Assembly: GCA_965368175.1 (NCBI GenBank)
Contig: CBDULX010000002.1
Coordinates: 1-46,442, forward strand
Length of the DNA stretch: 46,442 bases
Direction of reading: 5' to 3'
DNA from: an uncultured Gammaproteobacteria bacterium
GTDB lineage: Bacteria > Pseudomonadota > Gammaproteobacteria > SZUA-229
Under the pieces are notes generated by a model. That model did not search any database. It was not told the origin of the DNA and was given only the letters and a program-made list of their open reading frames with translations. Position numbers and translations under genes: made by a program. Of the stretch, positions 28,656 to 38,900 are shown piece after piece. Positions within the stretch are counted from its first letter, which is position 1. Every line of letters starts with the position of its first letter.

Positions 28656-29834
28656 ATGACTACAAGCTTTAATCCAGTATCCCGCACGCTGATGGGACCA
28701 GGCCCTTCCGATGTACATCCAAGGATTTTATCTGCCCTGGCACGCCCGACTATTGGCCATCTGGATCCACAGTTTGTAGCAATGATGGATGAAGTAAAAA
28801 GACTGCTTCAATATGCCTTTCAGACTCAGAACCAGCTAACTATCGCAGTATCAGCACCGGGCTCAGCGGGCATGGAAACCTGCTTCGTCAATCTGATAGA
28901 ACCCGGCGATACCGTAATAGTCTGTCAGAATGGCGTATTCGGTGGTCGTATGAAAGAAAATGTCGAGCGTATTGGTGCCACGCCAGTCATGGTCGAGGAC
29001 GACTGGGGTAAACCTGTTGATCCGCAAAAGTTAGAAACGGCCTTAAAAGCCAATCCAGGGGTTAAAGCAGTAGCATTTGTCCATGCGGAAACGTCCACCG
29101 GTGCCAGTTCAGATGCTAAAACCCTGTGCGAACTGGCTCATCAGTATGGTGCATTAGCCATTGTCGACGCAGTGACTTCACTGGGTGGCATCGAACTGCG
29201 TGTCGACGACTGGGGTATAGATGCCATTTATTCAGGCACCCAGAAATGCCTGTCCTGCACTCCGGGTATTTCACCCGTCAGCTTCAATGAACGCGCCATC
29301 GAAGTAATTAAAAACCGTAAAACCAGAGTTCAAAGCTGGTTCCTCGACCTGAATCTGGTCATGGGCTACTGGGATACCAATGCAAAGCGAGCCTACCATC
29401 ATACCGCCCCGGTAAATGCGCTTTATGGCCTGCATGAATCGCTGGTCTTACTGGAACAGGAAGGCCTGGAAAATGCCTGGAAGCGTCACATGGTCAACCA
29501 TCTGGCCTTGCGTGCCGGTCTCCAGGCGATGGGCCTGACATTCATAGTAGATGAAGCCTGGCAATTACCGCAATTAAATACAGTCACCGTACCTGCAGGT
29601 GTCGATGAAGCTGAAGTTCGTACTCGATTATTAAACGAATTCAATCTGGAAATTGGTGCTGGCCTGGGTGATCTGGCGGGTAAAGTCTGGCGTTTAGGTC
29701 TGATGGGCTACAGCAGTCGTGCCGAGAATATCATGTTGTGCCTGGCTTCACTGGAAGCCGTATTGTCGGATATGGGTGCAGACATCAAAATCGGTGTCGC
29801 CATTCCAGCAGCCCAGAAAGCACTGGTTGCTTAA
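28656..29834 (+). CDS. class-V PLP aminotransferase (serine-glyoxylate / alanine-glyoxylate / serine-pyruvate type)
   Basis: Contains LMGPGPSDVHPRIL, HAETSTG, DAVTSLGG and the PLP lysine in SGTQKCLS. AGGA then ATG at 28656 is preferred to the track's TTG 28629. Confidence 0.85.
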   Translation: MTTSFNPVSRTLMGPGPSDVHPRILSALARPTIGHLDPQFVAMMDEVKRLLQYAFQTQNQLTIAVSAPGSAGMETCFVNLIEPGDTVIVCQNGVFGGRMKENVERIGATPVMVEDDWGKPVDPQKLETALKANPGVKAVAFVHAETSTGASSDAKTLCELAHQYGALAIVDAVTSLGGIELRVDDWGIDAIYSGTQKCLSCTPGISPVSFNERAIEVIKNRKTRVQSWFLDLNLVMGYWDTNAKRAYHHTAPVNALYGLHESLVLLEQEGLENAWKRHMVNHLALRAGLQAMGLTFIVDEAWQLPQLNTVTVPAGVDEAEVRTRLLNEFNLEIGAGLGDLAGKVWRLGLMGYSSRAENIMLCLASLEAVLSDMGADIKIGVAIPAAQKALVA

Positions 29835-29860
29835 AGAACCTCAGATAAGCCAGGGAGGGC

Positions 29861-30883
29861 TTATGCAGATTTCTCAATAAACATAGCATCCCCGTAACTG
29901 AAGAAACGATACTCCATTGCAACAGCATGCTGATAAGCCTGCATGATGTTCTGGTGCCCACCCAGTGCAGACACCAGCATTAGCAGGGTAGATTGTGGCA
30001 GATGGAAATTTGTCACCAGGGCATCGATTACCTGAAACTTATATCCCGGATATATAAATATTGTAGTTTCACCACGGTAAGGAGCCAGCTTTCCCTCCTG
30101 AGCGGCAGTTTCCAGACTTCTCACCGCCGTAGTGCCGACGGCAATTACTCGGCCACCCCGGCTTCGTGTGTGCTCTATCTGTTTTACCACCGTTTCTGAG
30201 ACTTCCAGGTACTCTGAGTGCATATGATGGTGCTTGATATCATCCACACGCACTGGCTGAAATGTACCGGCACCGACATGCAGGGTAACAAAACCAGATT
30301 CCACGCCAGCCTGTTTTAGCTTATCAAGCATGGCCTCATCAAAATGCAAACCAGCCGTCGGTGCTGCCACGGCTCCAGGACGCTCTGCGTACACAGTCTG
30401 ATAACGCTGCTGGTCTGCCAGCTCATCAGCTCGCTCAATATAAGGCGGCAGGGGCATATGGCCGTATTGTTCCAGTATTTGCAATACTGTCTGGGCAGAT
30501 TTAAATTCGAGTTCAAACAATTCGCCATGACGCCCTAGCATCTCAGCATTGACTTTATCTTCAAGCAGAAGTTTGCTGCCAGTTCTGGGCGATTTACTGG
30601 CACGTATATGGGCCAGTACCCGGTGCTCATCCAGTATTCGCTCAATCAGGACTTCGACTTTACCACCGCTATGCTTGTGACCATGAAGTCTGGCAGGAAT
30701 AACCCGGGTATCATTGAAAATCATCAAATCACCAGGGTCAACCAGTGATAAAAGATCATTGAACATACAGTCCTTGAAACTGCTACCTTTAACATGCAGT
30801 AAACGACTGGCTGTACGTTTCTGTAAAGGATACTGGGCAATCAGCTCTTCAGGAAGCTGGTAGTTAAAATCTGAGGTACGCAT
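29861..30883 (-). CDS. queA: S-adenosylmethionine:tRNA ribosyltransferase-isomerase
   Basis: [19 protein letters not shown] matches the canonical QueA N-terminus, hence the start at 30883. Also [10 protein letters not shown] and [10 protein letters not shown]. Confidence 0.93.
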   Translation of the reverse strand: MRTSDFNYQLPEELIAQYPLQKRTASRLLHVKGSSFKDCMFNDLLSLVDPGDLMIFNDTRVIPARLHGHKHSGGKVEVLIERILDEHRVLAHIRASKSPRTGSKLLLEDKVNAEMLGRHGELFELEFKSAQTVLQILEQYGHMPLPPYIERADELADQQRYQTVYAERPGAVAAPTAGLHFDEAMLDKLKQAGVESGFVTLHVGAGTFQPVRVDDIKHHHMHSEYLEVSETVVKQIEHTRSRGGRVIAVGTTAVRSLETAAQEGKLAPYRGETTIFIYPGYKFQVIDALVTNFHLPQSTLLMLVSALGGHQNIMQAYQHAVAMEYRFFSYGDAMFIEKSA

Positions 30884-30954
30884 GGCGCGGAATATTACCA
30901 TACAGGGCACCAGCAATCATTAGAGAACTGTCTGGAGCTATGAACTCCGATTAG

Positions 30955-32277
30955 TTACAGCTGACCACTCACTTTCATATCCAGGTATATGTTGGTTAAT
31001 GCCAATGGCAATTGATGTGGAAGAACATCCAGGGTGTGAATCTTGTGATGACCGAGCAGTTTGATCAGCTTACTTCGGCTTTCAAGATAACCATGGGCTG
31101 CAGATATGGCTAATGCATCTTTTAATTCATTCACCGGTTGATCAAGTATCCTGTGTACCGACGCTTCCTGCAAACTGGCTACCACGACATTGTGTCTCTT
31201 TTTTAACATCTGAACGGCCAGTTGCAGGTCATCGGTATCATCATCACGTAAATTACTAAGTATGATGACTACAGCGCGTTTTCGATGATTAGCTAATACA
31301 AAATTAGCCCCCTTTATATAGTCGGGTGCCTGAGTGCCTGGCTGAAGATCATAAATCCCATTAAGCAAGCTGTTTATTTTACCTGCACCCTTTACCGGTT
31401 TGATCCAGCGAGGAGCATCATGACTGAAGGTCGCAATACCCACGGCATCTCCCTGACGCAGAGCAACATAGCTCATCAGTAACACTGAATTTAGAATATA
31501 ATCAAAATGACTGAGTTCACCGTCTTTTGATAACATCCGATGACCACAGTCCATCAGAAAAATAATTTCCTGATCACGTTCATCCTGATATTCACGGGCA
31601 ATTAATTTCCGCATTCTGGATGACGTTTTCCAGTCTATCTGCTTCAGGTTGTCCCCTTCTCTGAATTCCCGCATCTGGTGGAAATCCATGCCCTGGCCGC
31701 GTCGTCTTTGCTTGAGTATGCCCATGGAAGAAACTCGGTTTTCAGTTGCAAGCAGTGCATATTCAAGGATCGGTCTGTAATCGGGATAGACGCGTAATTC
31801 AGTTTCAGATCCACAGGTAAATCGGCGACTCCACAAACCCAGTCTGCTCAAGAGCAAACAACTCGTTTTAGCAAAAGACACAGTACCTCTTTGTATGGGT
31901 CTAATTTTATATTCAGTAATATAGTGCGGGTGTTCAATGTCAAGTTTGAGCTTTTTTGGTAGACCGTTAAATTGACATTGTTCAGGAATGTGGTCAAACA
32001 GTGCCAGATTATAACTATGCTTATTACAATGCTTTAGCTCGAGTTTTACGCTATGCCAGTTACCAACTGGCATAGCGCTGGGTAGTATTCGGGTTATTTC
32101 GGGTTTAGTGAATGCAAACAGTAAGTAAATGTCATAAATAGATAGCGCAATGACCATACCTGAAAACATGAGCCAGATTATCAGAAATATTTCACTCAAC
32201 GGCGTTAACAACGAAATAACAAGTAAAATTATCGCCGCATAAAGCATATTGATTGCAGGTTTAACTGGCAGAATCAT
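30955..32277 (-). CDS. DUF58 (vWA-like) protein with two N-terminal TM helices, MoxR partner
   Basis: DUF58 signature DFHQMREFREGDNLKQIDWKTSSR. 4-nt overlap with the MoxR stop. Confidence 0.85.
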   Translation of the reverse strand: MILPVKPAINMLYAAIILLVISLLTPLSEIFLIIWLMFSGMVIALSIYDIYLLFAFTKPEITRILPSAMPVGNWHSVKLELKHCNKHSYNLALFDHIPEQCQFNGLPKKLKLDIEHPHYITEYKIRPIQRGTVSFAKTSCLLLSRLGLWSRRFTCGSETELRVYPDYRPILEYALLATENRVSSMGILKQRRRGQGMDFHQMREFREGDNLKQIDWKTSSRMRKLIAREYQDERDQEIIFLMDCGHRMLSKDGELSHFDYILNSVLLMSYVALRQGDAVGIATFSHDAPRWIKPVKGAGKINSLLNGIYDLQPGTQAPDYIKGANFVLANHRKRAVVIILSNLRDDDTDDLQLAVQMLKKRHNVVVASLQEASVHRILDQPVNELKDALAISAAHGYLESRSKLIKLLGHHKIHTLDVLPHQLPLALTNIYLDMKVSGQL

Positions 32278-33251
32278 TGCCTCGGTGCTTCTACCTTTTC
32301 CAGTATGGTATTGATCACCTGATCTTCATTTAAACCATCCAGTTCAAGCTCAGGAGACAGACTAATTCTATGTCTCAAAACTGATTTAGCAACATATTTG
32401 ATATCGTCGGGTATAACAAAAGTCCGCCCGTTTATTAATGCATATGCTCTGGCACATCTAATAAGTGCAATGCCACCTCGCGGACCACTGCCAATTGAAA
32501 TGCCTGGCCAGATACGGGTTTGCCTGACTATTGATATGGCATATTGGGTTACAGCATCATCAACAGTAATGGTTGTGGCAAAAGCCTGCAATTTTGTTAT
32601 TATTTCCGGATTTGATGTTGACACTATAGAGCCTAAATCAAATTTATCACCAACCTGGTTATGGGTAACCTTTTTAACCATTTCTAATTCGTGATCAAGC
32701 AAAGGATAATCGATTTTTATTTTTATCAGAAACCGGTCTAACTGTGCTTCTGGCAGTGGATAAGTTCCTTCTTGCTCAATTGGGTTTTGAGTGGCCAGCA
32801 CCATAAATGGCTGTGGAACAGCTAAGGGCTTTCCCTCAAGAGTAACTTGCTGCTCCTGCATTACTTCTAATAATGCAGACTGTGATTTGGCTGGCGCACG
32901 ATTGATTTCATCTGCCAGTAATAAATTAGTGAACACAGGTCCCTTTCGGATTCGAAACTTGTTTAATTCATTATCGAACATGACGTGACCTGTTATGTCG
33001 CTGGGCATAAGATCAGGCGTGAACTGTACACGAGAGAATTCACCAGAGAAACTGTTTGCCAGGGCTCGAACTAATAAGGTTTTACCCAAACCAGGCACAC
33101 CTTCGATTAACACGTGCCCTGCAGAAAGAAAAGCTATTAACACATCATTCACTACATTATGCTGACCAATGAATACTGAATTTATCTGGTCTCTTATGGA
33201 ATCAATTAGCTGAGTATATTTAATTAATTCCAGATTAGTATCGTTATTCAT
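32274..33251 (-). CDS. MoxR-family AAA+ ATPase
   Basis: 325 aa. Walker A GVPGLGKT, Walker B LLADEINRA, and ATQNPIEQEGTYPLPEAQLDRF. Confidence 0.95.
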   Translation of the reverse strand: MNNDTNLELIKYTQLIDSIRDQINSVFIGQHNVVNDVLIAFLSAGHVLIEGVPGLGKTLLVRALANSFSGEFSRVQFTPDLMPSDITGHVMFDNELNKFRIRKGPVFTNLLLADEINRAPAKSQSALLEVMQEQQVTLEGKPLAVPQPFMVLATQNPIEQEGTYPLPEAQLDRFLIKIKIDYPLLDHELEMVKKVTHNQVGDKFDLGSIVSTSNPEIITKLQAFATTITVDDAVTQYAISIVRQTRIWPGISIGSGPRGGIALIRCARAYALINGRTFVIPDDIKYVAKSVLRHRISLSPELELDGLNEDQVINTILEKVEAPRQ

Positions 33252-34393
33252 ATAGCTTTCCTGATATTTTCAAGCAATTTTATTTTCTGTAAAAAACTTT
33301 CCTGAGAAGTTATATTTTTATCAAACAGTGCATCATATAAATTATGATTAGAGTGCGGAATTAAGTCCTGCAATGTATCGACCAGGTACTGCCTGTCTTT
33401 CAAGCCAAGTCCAGGATATTTCAGATAAATCATCTGTAATATTGATTTTTGGGAGAATACGGTTAATCTGGAATAATCTTTTTTTCGCCAGTAGTAATTT
33501 CCAGAAGCCAGAATATGGTCCTTAAAACTGAGGCGATCAGGAACATCAACATTGATGACAGGCCCGAATCTTGGTATTACATGCCAGATGAATAGCACAA
33601 TAAATACTAAAACAGTATATACAAAAACAGGTGCTTTAGTATATATCCAGCTTAACAGCGTTTCTCGGGTTTCAAACAGCGAATAATAGACATCACCAGT
33701 AGTCTGCTTGTCATTTACCAGTCCCCAGATAAATGCAGCATTATCATATTTAGATATTTCAGTGTTATGCAATATCGACATATCACTTAAAACAATCACC
33801 CTGCCCTGGCCATGTGAAATAGCAACAGCATTAATAGTCGAGTCATTTTTGACTGACCATATAATGTCATTCTGGTTATTATCTAATATCTTTAATGTAT
33901 AATACTGTTTAAAGCCCACTAGAAGAAACTCTATATTTTCATTTATATTGACATTAATCGGAGTATCATCAAATTGATCTTCATCTATATATTGATAAAT
34001 ACCAGAAATGCCTAAAGAATCCAGCAGGTAATCATGGGTTCGGTCATCATCTTCAACATAAGAACGAGCCGTTATTATTAAATAGCCTCCTGAACTCACC
34101 CACTCCATTAACAGTTTGCTTTTTTCCTGACCCATAGAAACACGATGACCTGTCATAATGAGAGTATCGTTTTTATTGAGCATATCAACAGATTCTCTAT
34201 AGATATCTATTCTCTGTGTACTCTGACCCATTGCCTTTAAAAAATATTCGGCCGCAAGGAAATTATTAATCCTTGCCTCACCTTTATACCCAACTTCAAC
34301 ATCTTGCTCAAAAAACTCAATATAGTTACCGAGCCAATATATCAATCCAGCTATTATTGATGCTATAACTATTATCCATAATATTGTCTTCAT
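33248..34393 (-). CDS. DUF4350-like membrane protein (TM helices at both ends of a soluble domain)
   Basis: 381 aa with an N-terminal TM helix and a TM helix near residue 250. The LIMTGHRVSMGQEKSKLLMEWVSSGGYLIITA block resembles DUF4350/GldG-like domains. 4-nt overlaps on both sides. Confidence 0.6.
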   Translation of the reverse strand: MKTILWIIVIASIIAGLIYWLGNYIEFFEQDVEVGYKGEARINNFLAAEYFLKAMGQSTQRIDIYRESVDMLNKNDTLIMTGHRVSMGQEKSKLLMEWVSSGGYLIITARSYVEDDDRTHDYLLDSLGISGIYQYIDEDQFDDTPINVNINENIEFLLVGFKQYYTLKILDNNQNDIIWSVKNDSTINAVAISHGQGRVIVLSDMSILHNTEISKYDNAAFIWGLVNDKQTTGDVYYSLFETRETLLSWIYTKAPVFVYTVLVFIVLFIWHVIPRFGPVINVDVPDRLSFKDHILASGNYYWRKKDYSRLTVFSQKSILQMIYLKYPGLGLKDRQYLVDTLQDLIPHSNHNLYDALFDKNITSQESFLQKIKLLENIRKAI

Positions 34394-35133
34394 TGAGGCA
34401 CACCATTACCAAAGTGATCGTCCCATTTGCTGCACAATTGATTAAATTCATCCTGGTCTGGCTTTACATGCCCATATGCCATTCTAATCCAGTGATCTGC
34501 TATAAGTTTGAAATAAGATGCCAGATCATGATTAACAGAATGATTCACGACATTAATGCATTCGTGCTCAGTTAAGGCTTTTGTTATAGTAATTTTATTA
34601 TTGGTGAATATTTTTATAAGAGAAGCCCTGAACAACAAACTTAGCGCATCTCTTTCCTCACCACCTTGCCATGAACGCATAGCTGATTCTATGATATTAT
34701 CGGGTAATGTTTCAGGGTTTAATTCCATTCCAGGCAAAATATCAGGAATGATGGCATGTTTTTCTTTATTAGAACGAATCAGATAACTAATCCAGTATTT
34801 TCTATAGTAAATAACAAAAAGCAATAGAATTACAGGGGCTGACCAAAGTAAATATTCGACTCCACGAGCAATGAATAGCAGTAATTTCCCCCATAGTTCA
34901 TTCGGCTCATCAATATTTTCTTCTTCTGGATCAAATTTAAATCGCCAGTCCATCCTGTTCTCAGAAGTTTTAAATGCTTCCATGGACATAACTGATTCAA
35001 TGACCTGTCTGGATTGATCAATATCAAGTCGTGTTTTATTAACAGTGACTGTATCGGATAACGTATCCGCAGTAACCGATGTGGCAATAAAAATCAGGAT
35101 AAATATTGATATCAAGTGCTTAATTAATAACAT
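34390..35133 (-). CDS. DUF4129-like membrane protein
   Basis: 247 aa with a signal/anchor, a central TM helix (LLLFIARGVEYLLWSAPVILLLFVIYY) and a C-terminal helical domain. Position upstream of DUF4350-MoxR-DUF58 is as in related operons. Confidence 0.55.
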   Translation of the reverse strand: MLLIKHLISIFILIFIATSVTADTLSDTVTVNKTRLDIDQSRQVIESVMSMEAFKTSENRMDWRFKFDPEEENIDEPNELWGKLLLFIARGVEYLLWSAPVILLLFVIYYRKYWISYLIRSNKEKHAIIPDILPGMELNPETLPDNIIESAMRSWQGGEERDALSLLFRASLIKIFTNNKITITKALTEHECINVVNHSVNHDLASYFKLIADHWIRMAYGHVKPDQDEFNQLCSKWDDHFGNGVPQ

Positions 35134-35905
35134 TATGAAATTGTTTTTCTAATCTATTATTTATTTGCTTGAAAACTAGCTCTATATCCCACGCCTCCAG
35201 TTTGACCCTTCTATTTAAGTAGAGCAAAAATCCGGCACTTAAATATAGAGGCTCAATTAAAAACACCGTCAAAGCATAAATTAATGTATTAAATATAAGC
35301 CCTGCCGTAGTTTCATCAGCACTCTCAAAAAAGCTCCATAAAGTGGAATAAAGTTCATCTGGAATAAAAAACGCTATGAGCATATATATAGACATATTTA
35401 TTAATAATTCGTAGTTAAGTGCCATTATAGTGAGCCCAACTGCATAACCACTGGTATCTTTCTGTAATATCTTCAGTCGCTTTTTCCGCATTCCTCCTGT
35501 CAGGCCTTCCAGATTATGTACTGGCATGCTAAAAGACCGCACAGGAGATAGTCGCCACCAGTAAATGCTGTGTTTGAGTCCTGGCTTCAACCAGACAAAT
35601 AGATTTTTAAATACATCGTTTGGACTTAGTTTTTCTGAAAATAACTCATTACTCAATATAAACAATAATAAACTGTCATAAACCGGCTTAAATAACCAGA
35701 ACAGAAATAATCCGGTCCATGGATAACCTGAAGCCTGAATATATACTGACATTGTAGTGAATATAATCAGTATACTAACCCATGGAATGATTATTTTCTT
35801 TGTTAGGCTTATAACAAGTCGAGTACCCAGGTCCATTGCCTCCCATGGCGTCCTCTCTCGAAGATTTATAATTAACCTGTCAAGTCTCATCGCCACGTCC
35901 AGCAT
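35120..35905 (-). CDS. hypothetical polytopic membrane protein
   Basis: 261 aa, about 6 hydrophobic helices, no family recognised. Overlaps both neighbours (14 nt and 26 nt). Confidence 0.6.
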   Translation of the reverse strand: MLDVAMRLDRLIINLRERTPWEAMDLGTRLVISLTKKIIIPWVSILIIFTTMSVYIQASGYPWTGLFLFWLFKPVYDSLLLFILSNELFSEKLSPNDVFKNLFVWLKPGLKHSIYWWRLSPVRSFSMPVHNLEGLTGGMRKKRLKILQKDTSGYAVGLTIMALNYELLINMSIYMLIAFFIPDELYSTLWSFFESADETTAGLIFNTLIYALTVFLIEPLYLSAGFLLYLNRRVKLEAWDIELVFKQINNRLEKQFHNVIN

Positions 35906-36857
35906 AAATGAAATATATAATTATAAGTATCCATAGAATGCCACCAACCGTATATTTAATTATTGAATCAATCTCTGTCATAGATGACCAGTATGCTTCA
36001 ATAAAAGCAGCAATAATGAACATTATTATAACGCCGTACATAAGATATATAGTTGCTTTTGCGTTATCTCTAAGAGATTTAAGCCTGGTTTTTCGGCCCG
36101 GGCTAATAATTGAATAGCCAAGCCTCATGCCTGCTGAGCCTGAGATTACGATAGCAAGCAGTTCAAATGAGCTGTGGCCCGATACAAATGGCCAGAAAGT
36201 ATCAATATATCCAATATGCGTTAAGTGTCCTGCGATTGCTCCAATATATAGGCCATTAAAAATTAGTGTGATAAATGCACCCACAGTAAATATCAAACCA
36301 CTGGCATATGTTCTTAAACCTATACTTGTATTGTTAAATATATAAAATCCAAACATTTGAAAATCCGTATCTGATTCCCTGTCACGGCCAATCTTATCAA
36401 GACCTGGTTCATACATGGATTCAATACTGGATAATTGATAGCCATCAACTATTTTAAGAGCAATATCGGGCTGCAATTGAACTGATAAAAATACCAGTAT
36501 CAAAGAACCGAAGAATATAAGAGAAGATACCAAAAACCATCTTTTGTCCTTCCTGATAGCCTGCGGAAAACCATTCGAAAAATAATAAATAATCTCCCTG
36601 ATAAAGCTTGTTTTTCGTTTATAAAACTCCTGATGGAATAGCATAACCAGTCTTTCGAGTTTACTCACCAAAGAAGGACTGTAATGTCTTGCACGTGATA
36701 TGGACAAATGATGACAAAGGTTTCGGTAAATTTGAGTTACATCCTGTTCTTTATTATTTATAGTTATTATTTTTCCATTAGAATTCGTCGTTTCAAGAAA
36801 GAGTTCTATCTGATCCCAGTATTCTTTATACCTTTTTTCGAAATTACTCTGCTTCAT
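35880..36857 (-). CDS. SpoIIM-like (DUF95) membrane protein with soluble N-terminal domain
   Basis: 325 aa. A ~100-aa helical N-domain, then ~6 TM helices. GHSSFELLAIVISGSAG and AAFIEAYWS blocks are typical of DUF95. Confidence 0.6.
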   Translation of the reverse strand: MKQSNFEKRYKEYWDQIELFLETTNSNGKIITINNKEQDVTQIYRNLCHHLSISRARHYSPSLVSKLERLVMLFHQEFYKRKTSFIREIIYYFSNGFPQAIRKDKRWFLVSSLIFFGSLILVFLSVQLQPDIALKIVDGYQLSSIESMYEPGLDKIGRDRESDTDFQMFGFYIFNNTSIGLRTYASGLIFTVGAFITLIFNGLYIGAIAGHLTHIGYIDTFWPFVSGHSSFELLAIVISGSAGMRLGYSIISPGRKTRLKSLRDNAKATIYLMYGVIIMFIIAAFIEAYWSSMTEIDSIIKYTVGGILWILIIIYFIYAGRGDET

Positions 36858-37543
36858 TCTCGACCCAGTATGTAATTTGCAGCAGCAAGCAGCTGGTCTG
36901 ATCTGTTTGTATTCTCATCTGATTTTATATTGGACATATATGACGCAAGCTCTGCCTGTCGCTCTTCAGACAGGCTCGAGCATCGTTCTGCGTACTTTAG
37001 TATGTAGTGTTGTTCATGCAGATCCAGCTCTACTGGAAATGACTGTGGTATATAATAAGGAATTTTCTGAAGTGAATCTTTTTTAGGTTCATAGATAACT
37101 ATTGTATTCGCAGCCAGGTCGCCAATTCTTTGAAAATTTCTGGTTAATAAAATAGAGATCAATCCAGTAGCATACATGACAGGTAAAAAATCTACTGTCC
37201 GTAGAATATTACGAAGTAAAGACTCTGACCAGCCTATATTTGTAGCATCTGCATTTACAACTCTAATATTAAGCAGCATTTTTCCAGGGGTCTGACCGTT
37301 ATATTTTATTTCAAAAAACACAGGATAGAACCATTCGAGTACAAAAACGCCTATAAGTAGCAATCCATATCCAAGTACATCCATGAAGCTGGTAATTGAT
37401 ATTAATAGTATGTAAATAAGAAGTCGTATAAGCAGATCAAACATCCACGCATAGCTTCTGGACCAGATACCCGCAAGCCGCTGTTCTATTTCTATTCCCT
37501 CAGGTGTAATTACTGTTAAGATATTATCTAGTTTACTATTCAT
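36854..37543 (-). CDS. RDD-family membrane protein
   Basis: 229 aa. RDD pattern (R...AWMFDLLI, GQTPGKMLLNIRVV, RIGDLAANTIV) plus a ~90-aa cytoplasmic tail. Confidence 0.7.
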   Translation of the reverse strand: MNSKLDNILTVITPEGIEIEQRLAGIWSRSYAWMFDLLIRLLIYILLISITSFMDVLGYGLLLIGVFVLEWFYPVFFEIKYNGQTPGKMLLNIRVVNADATNIGWSESLLRNILRTVDFLPVMYATGLISILLTRNFQRIGDLAANTIVIYEPKKDSLQKIPYYIPQSFPVELDLHEQHYILKYAERCSSLSEERQAELASYMSNIKSDENTNRSDQLLAAANYILGRE

Positions 37544-37597
37544 ATACTTGATCAGAGATTCCCTGGTTTACTGAATTGTTATAGGGCACCTATAGTC

Positions 37598-38209
37598 TTA
37601 TTTAACTACCCAGGAACCTTCTACAACCAACGTTTCTTTTTCGAAGATCTTCCCCAGATACCTGTCGCCAGAATTTACCGAGCCTACGCCTTTAGGTGTA
37701 CCGGTCATTAATAAATCACCGTCCTCAAATGAAAGAAAACTTCTGGCTTCGTTTAACATCTGGCTCGGCTTGTTCAACATCAAATCATAACAAGCAAACT
37801 GAACCAGTGCGTCATTAATATATAATTCCATTCTCAATTCAGTGATATTGCCTTTAAAAGTGACAAAATCACTGAATACCGCAGAGTGATCAAAGGCTTT
37901 TGCACGTTCCCATGGCCACCCCCTGCCCATTAATTTATATTGAAGATCTCGCTTGGTGAGATCCAGCCCGAAGCCGACAGCTCTGAGTTCACCGGAACTA
38001 ATCAGGAAGGTTATTTCGCCCTCAAAATGAATAAGCTCGGTTTTACTGGAATGGATTTCATTTGAGATAGCTGAATTTGGTTTCATGAAAATAACAGGCT
38101 CTTGTGAAGCCTCGTTATCGAACTCCTTGATATGATCAGCATAATTTCTACCGATACACACAATCTTAGATGGATAAACCGCTTTACCGTCCCATGTAAT
38201 AGATTTCAT
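37598..38209 (-). CDS. fumarylacetoacetate hydrolase (FAH) family protein
   Basis: 203 aa. Contains KIVCIGRNYADHIKE, GDLLMTGTPKGVG, and an acidic-metal-ligand pattern of FAH/YcgM-like enzymes. Confidence 0.85.
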   Translation of the reverse strand: MKSITWDGKAVYPSKIVCIGRNYADHIKEFDNEASQEPVIFMKPNSAISNEIHSSKTELIHFEGEITFLISSGELRAVGFGLDLTKRDLQYKLMGRGWPWERAKAFDHSAVFSDFVTFKGNITELRMELYINDALVQFACYDLMLNKPSQMLNEARSFLSFEDGDLLMTGTPKGVGSVNSGDRYLGKIFEKETLVVEGSWVVK

Positions 38210-38900
38210 TATTGCTCACTTTCCTGGAACTACGACCAGTGAAATATAACATCTGCTAAAGGAATTATTACCCCATCAGCCCTGGATGATTCCCCTGAAT
38301 TGTGCAATTTTCCATACATAAGCGACTAGACAGGCTATCTACACGCTGCAAATGAAATAACAAAAATCTAAAATAATTCCTTATTATTGACATTTGAGGA
38401 AAGAATAGAAACCAAAAATAGCACGAGAATTTCCTACACCTCAAAGCTTCTTAATTACTATATTGATAAACTTACACCAACTTTCTGAGTTATTATTGTT
38501 TTTTATCATAATATCAATATCATACACATTATTTATAAAGTATATTCTAGATAAAGTTATTATATATTCAGGGAATATCCCCCATTTTATAAAGCAATTC
38601 CTGCACTTATACTGCTAAATCTATGTTATTTATAATTATTTTATTGGAAGCAGGCAGAATACCATTCGCTGGCATACGTGATCAAACTCACATTAATCCG
38701 TGGCGTGTATCTCTATCATTATAAGTGATAGTCACAGGCCGGCAGCGCAGGTTCAGCCCGAAATGTAAAAAAAGCATCCGCAGTAACTCTGCCTAGAGAT
38801 GCAATCCCCCACACCAAGGCAGGTATTACAACTGATTAAAGTTCTCGTGAGAATGCGTGTTTTTATAAACATGGTATCCAATAACCAGCAGGATTGAGTC

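Noticed and set aside
38623-38724. 33-codon ORF (MLFIIILLEAGRIPFAG...) in the DUF1631 leader as a possible leader peptide.
   Set aside because: It has no ribosome-binding site and no recognisable regulatory-codon pattern. Sequence alone cannot distinguish it from chance.
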